Source: Eledone cirrhosa
Taxonomy: Eukaryota
Direction: 5' to 3'
Assembly: GCA_964016885.1 (NCBI GenBank)
Contig: OZ024742.1
Coordinates: 171,058,001 to 171,122,000, forward strand
DNA length: 64,000 bases
Both the position numbers and the translations under genes were made by a program. Below the pieces are notes generated by a model that did not search any database, was not told the DNA's origin, and saw only the letters and a program-made list of their open reading frames with translations. Positions 11,990 through 25,359 of the stretch are shown here, in pieces (position 1 is the stretch's first letter; each line of letters starts with the position of its first letter).

Positions 11990-12182
11990 TGTGTGTGTGT
12001 GTTATATGTGAATATATACATATAATATATATATATAGACATTTTTACAATGTATTCTATTCAAAGCAATAAATCTAGTGGTAACAGCTAATTGTATAAA
12101 AATGGTTTTGCTGGTCAACGATATTTGGTGAAGAGGTCAGTCAATAAAAGTCTTCATATCGATTGGAACTGCTAATTACAAC

Positions 12183-12249
<67 letters not shown>

Positions 12250-12271
12250 ATATATATATATATATATATAT

Positions 12272-12655
12272 AAGCAAGAAAGTAAGTGTTGATAAAATCC
12301 AGTACTTCAGTATGCGGATAGGGAGCACTCAACAAAGATATAAGTTCCGGAGTTATAATAGTGACGAAACATAAGTCAATTGCATGAACTTATAATCCTT
12401 TATTTACTGCTATATATATTTCGATGATAGCCATTGAATGGCTATGACCTCATCAGGCAGTTAGTCAGTTCTTAGATATGCCAGCTCTGTGTTTATAGCG
12501 TAGATGGTATCAGAGCCTTGGGACAGAGCTGGCATATCTAAGAACTGACTAACTGCCTGATGAGGTCATAGCCATTCAATGGCTATCATCGAAATATATA
12601 TAGCAGTAAATAAAGGATTATTAGTTCATGCAATTGACTTATGTTTCGTCACTAT
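12272..12655 (-). mobile_element. Short PLE-terminus hairpin element with a hammerhead on each strand
   Basis: Arms 12358-12490 and 12523-12655; unique 3' terminus 12272-12357 on minus; TA flanks. Confidence 0.8.
12552..12607 (+). ncRNA. Minimal type I hammerhead ribozyme (mirror copy at 12406-12461, minus)
   Basis: ACTGC-CTGATGA-G..ATAGCCAT/ATGGCTAT..C-GAAA-TATATA-TA-GCAGT; AUA site. Confidence 0.82.
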
Positions 12656-12856
12656 ATATATATATATATATATATATACGTATCTATATGATATATATAT
12701 ATATATATATATACGTATATATATGATATATATATATATACATATATATACATATAATATACATATATATGCTCTTTTACTCGACCTTATTGTAAACCCC
12801 CACTGTCCCTGTCTTTGTATTGTCGGCCCTTGTGGCTAATAAATGAAATCATTAAT

Positions 12857-12912
12857 ACCAGTAATACACTGGGATAATTGGTGGCCTTGTGCCAAAAGTA
12901 GAAATAATTATA

Positions 12913-12955
<43 letters not shown>
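12857..12955 (+). mobile_element. SINE 3' fragment with long (ATT)n tail
   Basis: TACCAGTAATACACTGGGATAATTG..GCCTTGTGCCAAAAGTAGAAA followed by (ATT)n. Confidence 0.75.
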
Positions 12956-12956
<1 letters not shown>

Positions 12957-13634
12957 ATGAAAGACTGCATCATCTTGTGAATATAACTTTGCAAAGATGG
13001 AGACAGCATAGAGTAAAATTTACTGTTGAATGTCTGTTTGATTCTTTCAATGACAATTGGTGAGGTGCCATTGAAAGATATTCTTTTTCTCCTACAAAAT
13101 TCTAAACTAGCACTGAATCAACCCTGGCATTAAAAGGAAAGTGGGACTTTTATTTCTTCATATTCTTCTGGCTACTATCTTATGTTGCTGATGTTATTGT
13201 TGTTGCTGTTTTTGCTAATGCTGCTACTTTTGGTTTAATGGTGCCATTAGGGCAGTGGATTGGCAGTATTAGTAGAGTGTCGGACCACATGTTAATTCAT
13301 TACAGGTAGTTAAGAGCTAAATTAAGAAGTGTATTTAAGAAAGTAGGATGCAATTTGAAGATTTGGCTGCTATAATTAGCAGGTGTTGTGACAATGTAGA
13401 GTCTCCCTTATTTGGCTCAAGTATATATTCTTGGAAGTCTGATGGATGAAAGCTTGTCATAGTTCCAAAGTAAATTAGAGGTTTACACAGCAGTTAAGTA
13501 GCATTGGAATTGCCAATTATATAGAGAATTCCTATTGTGTTAACAATGAGAGAACATGTTTCCAGTTGAGCAGTGACATATGTCAACGGATATTGGTATG
13601 CTGGTCAGTTGGCCAGTTGACTATGCACTACTTT

Positions 13635-13960
13635 AACAACAACAGCAACAACAACAACAACAACAGTGACAATGGTGATGATGATGATGTCCACCATAAT
13701 GATGACAACAAGAACAACAACAACATAATTATTACAACAATAAAAACAAAAAAAAAACAAATGATAGCAACAACAAAATCAACAATCATATTGACAAGAA
13801 CAACTAAAATGGTGACAACAATAACAACAACAATGACACTGATGACAATGACAACAACAATAACAGCAATGAAGATGACAACAATTCCAACAACAACAAC
13901 AGCAATGAAGATGACAACAATTCCAACAACAACAATGACACTGATGACAACAACACTGAA
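13635..13960. repeat. (CAA)n/(GAT)n-derived low-complexity repeat with 33-bp units
   Basis: Repeated ACAACAACAGCAATGAAGATGACAACAATTCCA. Confidence 0.75.
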
Positions 13961-14024
13961 CACTATGTAGAGATATGTTCACTGCCAATGAGGAAGCTAC
14001 TATGTAGTTATCAGATAACATTCC

Positions 14025-14263
14025 TTAATCCTTCAGCATTTAAACTGGCCATATCCAGCCAGAATTCTCTCACCTCTTTCTATTCAACCTGGCTGTAACC
14101 AGCTGCGCATAGCGATATTAAGGTATTGTTTTCAAAATAAATAATCTCATAATCTCATAGATTCGATATTATGTGAGATAATTATGTGAGATAATTGCTT
14201 GAGATAATTCCCGTGAAAATACAGCAGTAAAAATATAGAGTAATGGAAATACTAAAGGGTTAA
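14025..14263. mobile_element. piggyBac-like MITE with TTAA target site
   Basis: TTAA-TCCTTCAGCATT ... AATACTAAAGGG-TTAA (imperfect TIRs). Related TTAAC(C/T)TTTTGATACC starts occur at ~14303 and ~15212. Confidence 0.55.
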
Positions 14264-15279
14264 AATAACAACCGAATTTACCTCATATCACACACTGCCA
14301 TCTTAACTTTTTGATACCAAACCAGCCAAAACCAGCATTGGTTATACAAAACAAAATCATCAATGTATGTGTATAATAAGGCACAATCTCTGCACTTTTG
14401 GGAGCTTCTTTTTCTTGAGATGCAATCTAGTGAGGCCAGTTTATTTTGGAAGTTATTTTTAAAAAGCATCAATGCTATTGGTATGATTTATTTAGTTATT
14501 AACTCTCTTCCCATTCTCCATTCTGGCTAAAATAAGCTCAGATTCCATGAAACAAAACTATCCATTTTATATGGTTCCTATATAAATTAAAATCTTCCAA
14601 TATTATCTATATAAGAACCATATGGTAATTAACTATCTTAGATATGAAATAAATAATAATTTAAGTAAAACACTTAAAACCCTTCATTAATTAATTGAAA
14701 TAGAATTTATTTGATTAGAAATACGATGAAGAAAGTATCAACAGTTTTCTATTTAAATTAGAATCTTTCAGCATAATTTATATAACAACAATATGTTAAG
14801 TTAATAATGTAATATTTAATAAATTAATATTAGTAATGTAATATTTAATAATTTTAGTAAAGCCCTCAAAATTCTTCATTAATTAAATGAAATAGAATGT
14901 ATTGCATTCGAAACATGGTAATGAAAGATTTAAAACAGGACATTGAACAATATAGTCCTGAAACTAGAATAAAAGGATAATGCAACAGCATTGCAGCAGT
15001 CTAATGACTAAAACCAGAATAAAAGAATGAGGTAGTGCTGTAGCATGGTAACAGTCAAATGACTGAAACCAACATAAATAAATAAAAGAATAAAGTTGTT
15101 TTCTATTTACCTCATCAGATGTTATTAACATTAACTATTGAGCCTGCCTGTGTCTCTATTTCATTACTGCAAAGGTGATTTTCATTATTTAAACAATCTT
15201 TTCCTCACTAGATTAACCTTTTTGATACCGAAGTCTGTCTCATGACTGGAGGCTCAGCAGGCCAAGAGATAATGACTCT

Positions 15280-15484
15280 CTCTTGGACAGGATGCCAGTC
15301 TATTGTAGGGTTACCCCCCTTTCCCACAGTTATTACTGGTACTCATTTTCAGCTGAGTATACCAAAACAATGTGAAATTGTGTTTTGCTCAAAAACACAA
15401 CACACAACACAACCTAGTATAGGAATCGAACCAACAATGTTATGATGATAAGTCCAACACACTTATTATTAGGCCACACACCTT
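15280..15484 (-). mobile_element. Old tRNA-derived SINE, second family
   Basis: Minus strand TGGCCTAAT...GGTTCGATTCC followed by TGTGTTTTTGAGCAAAACAC. Confidence 0.55.
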
Positions 15485-16309
15485 CATTCATTTGATACCA
15501 AATCATCTAAATCTGTCCATGATAAAAATATGTTTATTTTAAAGGGTTTATATTTATTTAAAATCTGTTCATCGTGATTTTATATAAAGAACTTTTGATA
15601 CCAAACAACTTGAAACTGCCCATAGGTTTACAACACAAAAGTGTTTATTTTAAAGTATTTATATTTACATAAAACATTTCTATCATAATTTTATGTAAGA
15701 TCATTTGTTAAGCTATACCCCAAATATCAGCTAAATAATGAGGAATTTAGATATATTGCTAAATCCCTCCAAATTCTTGTTTATTTTCACAATTATTTGA
15801 AAATCATAGGCAGTTTTTCATTATAAATATATTGAATGAATGTGGTAACAAGTATGTTACCACTCAGTTATATTGATCTGATAACATTTAGTTCAAAACA
15901 GATTTTGCAGGTCAGCACTTTGTAAAACTCATTTCAATTTTGAGCCATCAAAAGAGCCTCTATGTGTACCTGGTCAATTAATTTGCTAAAAATAACACAA
16001 AAATCTCCCTCAAATAATTCAAGCACCTTAAATAAAGAAATAACACATTAGATATAATGCTAGTTCTGCGTACTCCTAAACAGTTAAGATGGTCATGGTA
16101 TGAATGCTTTTGATCATATCTCTGTTTAATCAGAGTTGAAACAAAACAACAATAGAAATTACAACAATGCTTCTCAATACTATCAGAATATATATTTTTT
16201 ATAAGTCAAAGAAAATCAGTCATGGGGTAAGTTAAATAATTAAACTTTCTACAGGTTCTCTCTACACAAAGTCATTATAGAAATTTGAAAGAATTATTAA
16301 TAGCTTAAT

Positions 16310-16745
16310 ATTTAGGCACAAGGTCAGCAGTTTTGGTAGGAGAGTAAAGTCAATTTAATCGATCCAGTATTTGACTGGTAGTTTAGTTATCGCCTCCAAA
16401 ATATGGGAGCCAAATTAATCTCAGTAGGATTTGTAGTCAAAATATAAAAAGATGGAACAAATTCCACAAAGCATGTTACCCAATGCTTTAACATTTCTAC
16501 CAATCCACTACCACGCAACAATATTCATTGATAATGGTTTCCGATTTTGGCATGAGATCATCAATATTTTTGGTGGGAGGAGGGGGAATGAAATCAATTA
16601 TATTTTACTGGTATTTTATTTTATCGACCTTGGAAGAATGAAAGACAAAGTTGACTTCAGCAGGATTTGAACTCAGAATTTAAAGAGCCTTAACTAAATA
16701 CCATATGGTATTGTTTGATGCTTTTCCAATTCTACAAATCCACTA
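16310..16745 (-). mobile_element. Two diverged copies of the main SINE
   Basis: GGCACAAGG..., ACTGGTATTTTATTTTATCGACC, GGATTTGAACTCAG motifs. Confidence 0.6.
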
Positions 16746-19700
16746 TCCTGCAATTATCATTAATAATAAGCAACAAATGCATTAATTATTTCTGAATGTA
16801 AAAAGCTACAGCAAACAGATATACCATTCCATGGACAATACTTAGGCAATGACAAAGCAACAAAATTTGAGAAAGTTTTGAACAAGCAAAGACAAAACAG
16901 TAGCAAGAAGAGAAAGCACACTAAAGGCATTGATTTAAAACAGAAAACAATAACAAATTAACACTTTAAATAAGATAATCAGGTGAGAAAGGGAGCTCTA
17001 AAAGACCAAGGGTATAACATAATGGAAATTTAATCCTGAATGTGTAAGACACAATTTGAAATTTGAAATATGTGCGGCCTAACACAAATGACTATAATGA
17101 TGATATTCAATCACTACAAATGGTAGTTGCGAAAATCATGTAAAGTGTTTCAAATTTAATCTTTAATTTTTTAATAGATATGTGAAAGAAAATGAGCAGA
17201 AATCATAGCAAATAATCCAGTATATAAAGGATATGGAGCAGTCACCAAAGACTGATTTAAAGTACAGTGGAAGTTGCTTATTATTAAGGAAACGAATTGA
17301 TCAGTAGATCAGACAAAGGAAAAACATTTCTATTAGTCTTTCCATTGCTGATACTAACTGCTAGTCATAACACTTGGCAGAATGATACAGGATTTGAACT
17401 CAGAATACATAGAGTCAGCTCAGATGCTACAAATTATCTAACTCTTTACTAATTCCATCTAACTCTTTACTAATTCACTGCTCCCTTGGTTAGTAATTTA
17501 TATCGAGTATAACTCAGCAGTATTTGAACTCGAAGTGCAGTGAGTAGGAACAAATAATGTAGAATTTAATCTGATGCCTTAACAACTCTACTAATTTACT
17601 TATTATAATTGTGGATAATTTCAAGTAGATATTTTTTAGCAAATGTCGTGGTCCCAAAAATGTTTAGAATAGTTATTAATCATCTGCTTAATTTTATCCA
17701 TTTAAATGTGGCCATGATATGTGACTTCTACTGTATATGAATTCCTGAAGATGACAATAAAACAAAGCTTTCATTACTATTTTAATACATAAACAGGTAT
17801 ATGAAATGACTAATGTTTTAGCTCAGCAAGTTCTTATAGTGAAACTGCAACTATAAAAAGCAATGCCATCAAAAACACATATGTACTAACTGTAATAATA
17901 ATTTCGAATTTAGGTACAAACCCAGGAATTGCAGAGGAGTAGAAAGTCTATTACATCAACCCCAGTCTTGGACTAAGACTTTATTTTATTGACCCTAGAT
18001 TGATGAAAGGCAAAATTGACTTCGATTGGAATATGCAGAACCTTAATGCATTTTGTTCTGCCAATCTACCTTGACCTAGCTATAATAACAAAAAAAACAA
18101 AAACACTTGTATAAACAGCCACACTAATTTCCTTTAACATCTCTGTAGAATTGAATAAGATCTTATAAAAACCACTATGATTGCTTTTCTAAAGTTGATA
18201 GGGTTTAGAATTCTAGGTAAAAAAAAAAATACCAAAATTAGATCCATCTCTCTGCTCTTACATTTAATGAAGCTCAAACCATTAATTAACAATCAGAAAT
18301 ACATCATCTTATTGGAGAATGATGACATAATTAATGATACTTGGTACAACTTCTCTTTAAGCAGAATGTTCTAGATATAGCGTCTGAAATGGATGTTACA
18401 AAAAACTCATCTCTTATTCAGACATAAATGTTGAATGCTGAGAATCTTTGAAATAATTAGACATCACAAGGAGTAACATATTGCAATCTATGTGATCTAA
18501 GTAATGAAGAAAAACCAAAATATATGAGTGTTGAGTGTGAGACCAGACAGTAGCCTGTTGTAAAAAATAATGTACCTTCTAAAAACCACTATTGAGAAGG
18601 TTACTATTTTTAACAGCTCTCATAGACATGCTTTTTTCATATTATTGTTACAGCTCACACATATGTTAGTTTACCTGGCCTCCCATGAGGTTGAATTTCA
18701 CATGAGGTTTATCAGGTGTTTTAATGACAAAGGGTCCTAGTCTTATCATGAAAAGGCTCACCTTCTAGGCAGCACATCAATCTGTTGTATAGAAAACCCT
18801 TAAGTGCTGCTGGTACTAATGTTTTTAAGCTGAGTGGATGAGGAATGTGGAATGAAGCATCTTGCTCTAGGGTTGAATGTACTGCATGGTCCACAAATCA
18901 AACACTTGATACGACTGGGCTATATGCCTTTCCTCTTAGATATATCCTCAACTATCAAAGTTGCTACCTTGGCTAACATTATAGATAATGACATAAAGAT
19001 AAAAAAGACAATCAAGTCTGCAGTGACACTGAAAACCTATTACAGGACACTGATACCATATAAATGGACACAACAAAAACTGAACATGCAGGAAATGTCA
19101 GATATTGTATTTACCAAAAGCAAATGTCAAACACATTGTAAGCTGCTTACTGCGAACATATCGAGAGACTCTAGCTAAAAAATTAAAATACACAAAAAAC
19201 TCTGATCATTAACATAGATAATTGTTCATGCTTCTATTGCTAACCTTACAGCAACTGACATGCAAAAACAAGGTGCAACGCAAACATTATTTATGATAAC
19301 ACAAATACAAGACAAAACAATATGGGGTGTTGACGCTGTCAAAAGCAATTGTTATTAAGTTGGTTCGACTACAATTCTGTGATTTGGTATCTTTCTCATG
19401 AGAAAGTTATATAAGGCAAACTAAAGAGAATCTCTTAAAAATGGTACCCTCCCTTGAGTAACAGTACAAATACTGATAGAGGCTATTTTACATTGTGAAG
19501 TAAAATAGATATACATTAGAAAATAATTGCATGAGGAAACACATTCATGATTGCTCGACCTGCTAGAAATAACAGCTAATAAACATTTTCCTAAACCACA
19601 TTCAATAATCTTTAAAATACTGTAGAATCTATTGCACAATATCACCTGAGAATTGCTGTTTAAATAAAAGATGGAATGGCCATAGGTGGAGTATCCTGGC

Positions 19701-19749
19701 TGATCTGGAGTAAAATAAGAGAACTGTATCCAGGATATTCTTTAAGGAA

Positions 19750-20120
19750 ATAAAACCTCCTACATATTATATCAGATTCTACTCTATTTTTAATTGGACA
19801 AATACATCTAATGTAAGTAATAAATCAATCCAAATTATAAATATGTCCTAAAAGAAACCTAGGGGTTTGCAATCCCTATTGTCCATGAAAGATCCCCTTC
19901 CCACCACCGAATCAAATTGTTAGAGATTTTCAAGTTAAAACTTGGACAAGTTGCTGTGCAAGATTTCCAGATGAACCAACAATACCTCGGGACACACAGA
20001 GGCGTGTGGCAACCTCAAACTCCCTCATCCACCAAATACCAGGATACAACAAAGACTGCAGTGACAGTGATGGCGGTGCTCCAGCATGGCCACAGCCAAG
20101 AGTCTGAAACCAGTACAAGA
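19750..20120 (+). mobile_element. CR1/L2-like LINE 3' end remnant
   Basis: FKLKL..., [25 protein letters not shown]. The tail GTGCTCCAGCATGGCCACAG...GAAAC is shared with short repeats at ~15035 and ~51628. Confidence 0.6.
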
Positions 20121-20195
20121 ATATATATTTACATATATACATATACTTATATATATATATATTTATATATATATATATATATATATACATATATT

Positions 20196-20229
<34 letters not shown>

Positions 20230-20266
20230 GTAATAAATATATATATATATATATAAATATATATAT

Positions 20267-20743
20267 ATATTGTTATACTTTGGGAGGGTCATGTTGCCAA
20301 TAAGAAACACACGCACCAGTTGCTTTCACTTCAATTTAATTTATTAAATATTTATAAATTTACAAATTTATAAATTTCTGGTTGGTTGGTTGGTTCCACA
20401 ACCAGATAGTTGTTTATATATATATAGTCATAGTTCTTTCGTCACACACACTCTGTGACCTCTTCAGTGACTGGGGATTTCGTTCTTCGTTTCTGTGTCT
20501 TTCCTTTCTTCTATCCTACGCCATTTTGTTTGTGTGTGGGTTGCGTGCTCAGTTTGCGCATGCGCCACATCCGGGTGTCTGTGTGTGTTTGTGTAAATTT
20601 ATAAATATTTAATAAATTAAATTGAAGTGAAAGCAACTGGTGCGTGTGTTTCTTATTGGCAACATGACCCTCCCAAAGTATAACAATATCGGTTTCAACA
20701 CACGATTTCAGATAAAGAATCTTGCTAAACAAATTCAGAAACG

Positions 20744-20745
<2 letters not shown>
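20267..20745 (+). mobile_element. Hairpin element (PLE-terminus type) in (TA)n; second copy at 33139-33357
   Basis: Arms ~20267-20363 and ~20593-20689; both copies share the same start and end but differ in loop length. Confidence 0.75.
20426..20472 (-). ncRNA. Minimal type I hammerhead ribozyme inside the hairpin loop
   Basis: Minus strand AGTCA-CTGAAGA-G-GTCACA/TGTGAC-GAAA-GAAC-TA-TGACT; CUA site. Confidence 0.72.
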
Positions 20746-21400
<655 letters not shown>

Positions 21401-21536
21401 CATTATCATCGTATTTACGTCCATTCCTTCATGCTTATATGTACATGTAAATGCAAATATGAACGCATATGTATATTTGTACCCATAGACATATACTTAG
21501 TAGGCTTAATTTTATATCTTTTATATGTGTCATATA

Positions 21537-21601
<65 letters not shown>

Positions 21602-22868
21602 TATACACATGCACATACATGAAATTCAAATTCAATTTAGATTTATAAAAGACAAAATAAAATGAGCTAAAAAGCTTTTCCATGAAAATCATATCAACAT
21701 TTCAATCAGTAGAAAACAATTGAACAAAAGCAATATTAATAAAATCTATATGAATATCGATTTTCTGGAGACATTATTGGCTGAATATTGGAGTTTTATA
21801 ATTTATTTTCTCTGAACAGCTCTCTGCATCAGTCATTGTGTAATTGTTTGAAGAATCTTCATCTGAGTGATATTCTTCATCAACACAGCATTTAACAATA
21901 AAATTAAATATATTCACTCTACTAAAATTAGAATAAAAATGTATAGCTGTATTTTTTAGCATGACTCTTTCTCGCCCATTGCTCTTTGTCATTGTTCATA
22001 TGCCTATATCATTAGTGCTCAGAAAGATGATGATAGAGTATAAGTTAAGGAAAGTATATTATCATCATTACCAACATCATCATCACCATCATCATTTTTT
22101 AACATTGATTTTCCATATTTGCATGCGTTAGACAAGTTGTCCCATTATCAAACAAGTTAGGTCAGGTTACTATCTTTGCTCATATAGATATCTTTGGGGT
22201 TTGGTTTCTACAGCTTGATGTCCTTCCTAACATTAACCACATTACAGTGAGGACTGGGTGCTTTTTATTGTGGCACCAGCACGAACATTTCACAAAGTGG
22301 ACTGGATGATTTTTCGTTGCACCACACGCATTTGTACCTTACAGGTTAGACTATATGCTTTTATTGTAGCAGCAGCATTGTCAGAGACATGTGTGGAGAA
22401 TGCCCTGCTTTCCCTGCTTTTATGCATGGGTTTGGACAGGAGTGTAGAAGCTGGGGCTGGGAGGGTTAAAAAGTATAGAAGATGGTCATGTGCAAGGCAT
22501 TTAGGGGAGATCTAAGGTAGGATACTTAGCTGGTGTTGCGTGAAAATTAAGATTGGGAAAGGTTTATAGGGGAGGGGGAGGATAGGGGCTATATGATACG
22601 GTGCAGGTATAGCTATATAGTTAATGTATCTGCTTCATAACCACATTAATTAGGGTTCAGCCCACTGTTTGGCACATTGAGCAAGTGCCTTCTATTAGTG
22701 TTTCAGATAATATTTGTTCAACAGAAACTCTACAAACACATTATATATGTATCATCATCATCATCAGCATCAACATCATCATTCAATTTCCATTTTCTCA
22801 GTTAGGAAGGGATTGATAGATCATCACAGACAGTCAGTACTCAAGTGGAAGTAAGGAACTCCCAGATG

Positions 22869-22929
<61 letters not shown>

Positions 22930-23553
22930 CAAAATATTAACAAAAATAGACATTCGTGTGATCAAGTATATTTTATTATACATATTTCAGAGGTACTGAG
23001 CTATCTTCAACAGTACATCCTCATCAGATAAAATAAGATGATGCATGACATACCCTGACTTAGTAGATGGTTAAGATTCAGTCATGGTAGTGAATAAGAT
23101 ATGACAAAACTCAATATTTATATACCTTAAGATTGAGACATGAACAAATTTACATATAATACAGAGGGTGCGTGTGAGAAAGCTTAAAAATACATAATAC
23201 CAATTTACATAACTGTTAGAGATTCAAATAATTTAAATTATTGAAGAAAGAAGAAAGAAAGAAGAAAGACAGAGAGAAACAGATAAGGAAAAAATATAGT
23301 TACTAAAAGTATAGAAAGCAAAAGGGAATTGATCAAGGATAGAGAGACAAGGAGGAAACATTTTTTTAGTATAAAGCATAAGGAGGGAGATATGTATTGT
23401 CGTGGATGAATATAGTGTGATTAGATGATGCAACAAAATATATATCTATATAAATACATGAAAATACATTTGGGCATAGCTTTGTGAAAGAGTAAACACG
23501 AATCTTTGAATTATCTAGAAGTATCCATCAATCTAAATATTAAATATATCTGG

Positions 23554-23607
<54 letters not shown>

Positions 23608-24138
23608 CACATATAAAAGATATAAAATTAAGCCTACTAAGTATATGTCTATGAGGGTTCAATTTCGAGTCCTTAGTTAATTAGAAATATACTAACAATT
23701 AATTATATACACTATATATATCCAAACGTATGAGGCTGACCGATAAATTTCGAATCATTTATGTTAGTTCAGAATAATGAATTAATCTAAATGTATAATA
23801 TTTCAGGCTATAAAAGTTTACAAATATCTTTATTAATATTAAAGTATACTATCATATTTAATTTATAAAATCATATTTAAAATATTTGCAAACATGAGAA
23901 AGAAGAGACTTAATATTTTCATCCTCACGAAGGTAATCCATATCAAATTATATTATTTTATATTATATTAAAAAAATTCTTTTTTTTTTTTTATATTAAA
24001 ATAATAATTCTCATTATATAATTTAGAAAATAATTACAGTTATAACTTTATAAATTTAAAATTAACAATTATAATGCCCTAAAGTATCTAAAGGCCTTAT
24101 AATTAAACTTAAAAAAGGGTATTATTAAATTAGATATA

Positions 24139-24330
24139 GGCGGTGGATTGGCAGTATTGGTAGAGTGTCGGATGCCATGCTTTGGCGCATAGAGTTACGG
24201 CCCTTGCCATTCTGAGTTCAAATCCCGCCGAGGTTAACTTTGCTTTTCATCCTTACGGGGTTGATAAAATAAAGTACCAGTAATACACTGGGTAATTGCT
24301 GGCCTTGTGCCTAACGTAGAAACAATTATT
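24139..24330 (+). mobile_element. Full-length SINE nested in the PLE 3' UTR, 18-bp TSD
   Basis: TSD ATTATTAAATTAGATATA at 24121-24138 and 24325-24342; A and B boxes. Confidence 0.9.
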
Positions 24331-25359
24331 AAATTAGATATACGCATTTGTTTAAATATATACAAAGAGTATATTGTCTAAAGTTCAAGACGATATTAGT
24401 CAGTTATACACAATAGAATATAATATAATAAATAACTTACTGTTAATATTGTTAAAATTAAGGTTTTAGATCAATTATTATATTAGGATCATGTAATACA
24501 TATATACTATAAATATACAAATCAAACTTCATGAATCATAAGGATAAGAACCAGATTTAAAAATAATAAGTAAATTATTTGCGATCATAAAAGTGCCAAA
24601 TATCTAAGCTATATAATTTAAAAATACAAGAAAGATTTTTAAGGATCTATATTGTAGTATAATATCATATTTATGCCTGCAAACGTGAGAAAGAGAAAAC
24701 TCAAGATTTTCATCGACCCGAAGGTAACCCGAATTTAATTAAAAAATAATAATCGTTATATAATTTAGAAGATATTTAACAATTATAACACTAGAATGTC
24801 CTTAAGTATCTAAAGTACTTATAAATGTAGCTAGAAGCATGTTATTAAACTAGATATATACATTTGTCCAAATATATACAATATTCTGTTCGGAACTCAA
24901 GACGATATTAGTGATCCAAATACATATAATAAATAATAAATACAATCATTGTTAGTAAAGATTATAATTGAAGTTTTACATCAAGTTAAGTGGAAAAAGT
25001 TTGTGGACTAGGATCGTGTGCGACGCATATACCATAAATATATATAAATAAATATAAATATATAAATCAAACATCCTGAATCTTAAAACTAACATACTCC
25101 AAAAGAATAAATACATAAATGCATGAATGATTTACGGTTCATTACAACTGTTAACCATATAAGCTATATATTTAATATATTTAACAAAATACAAGAATCC
25201 CAATCAAATTAAATGTATCTACACAATCAAACGATATGCATATTCATCAAGAGATCATGTTAACAATCTATCATAAATGAATAAAAAAATTATTATAAGG
25301 TTTTATAATCTGTTATAACATTTTACGCACTCAATTGATAAGAGACGTCAAAAATTAGA

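Noticed and set aside
21774-21992. 72-aa minus ORF in non-repetitive sequence
   Set aside because: No motif or convincing splice context.
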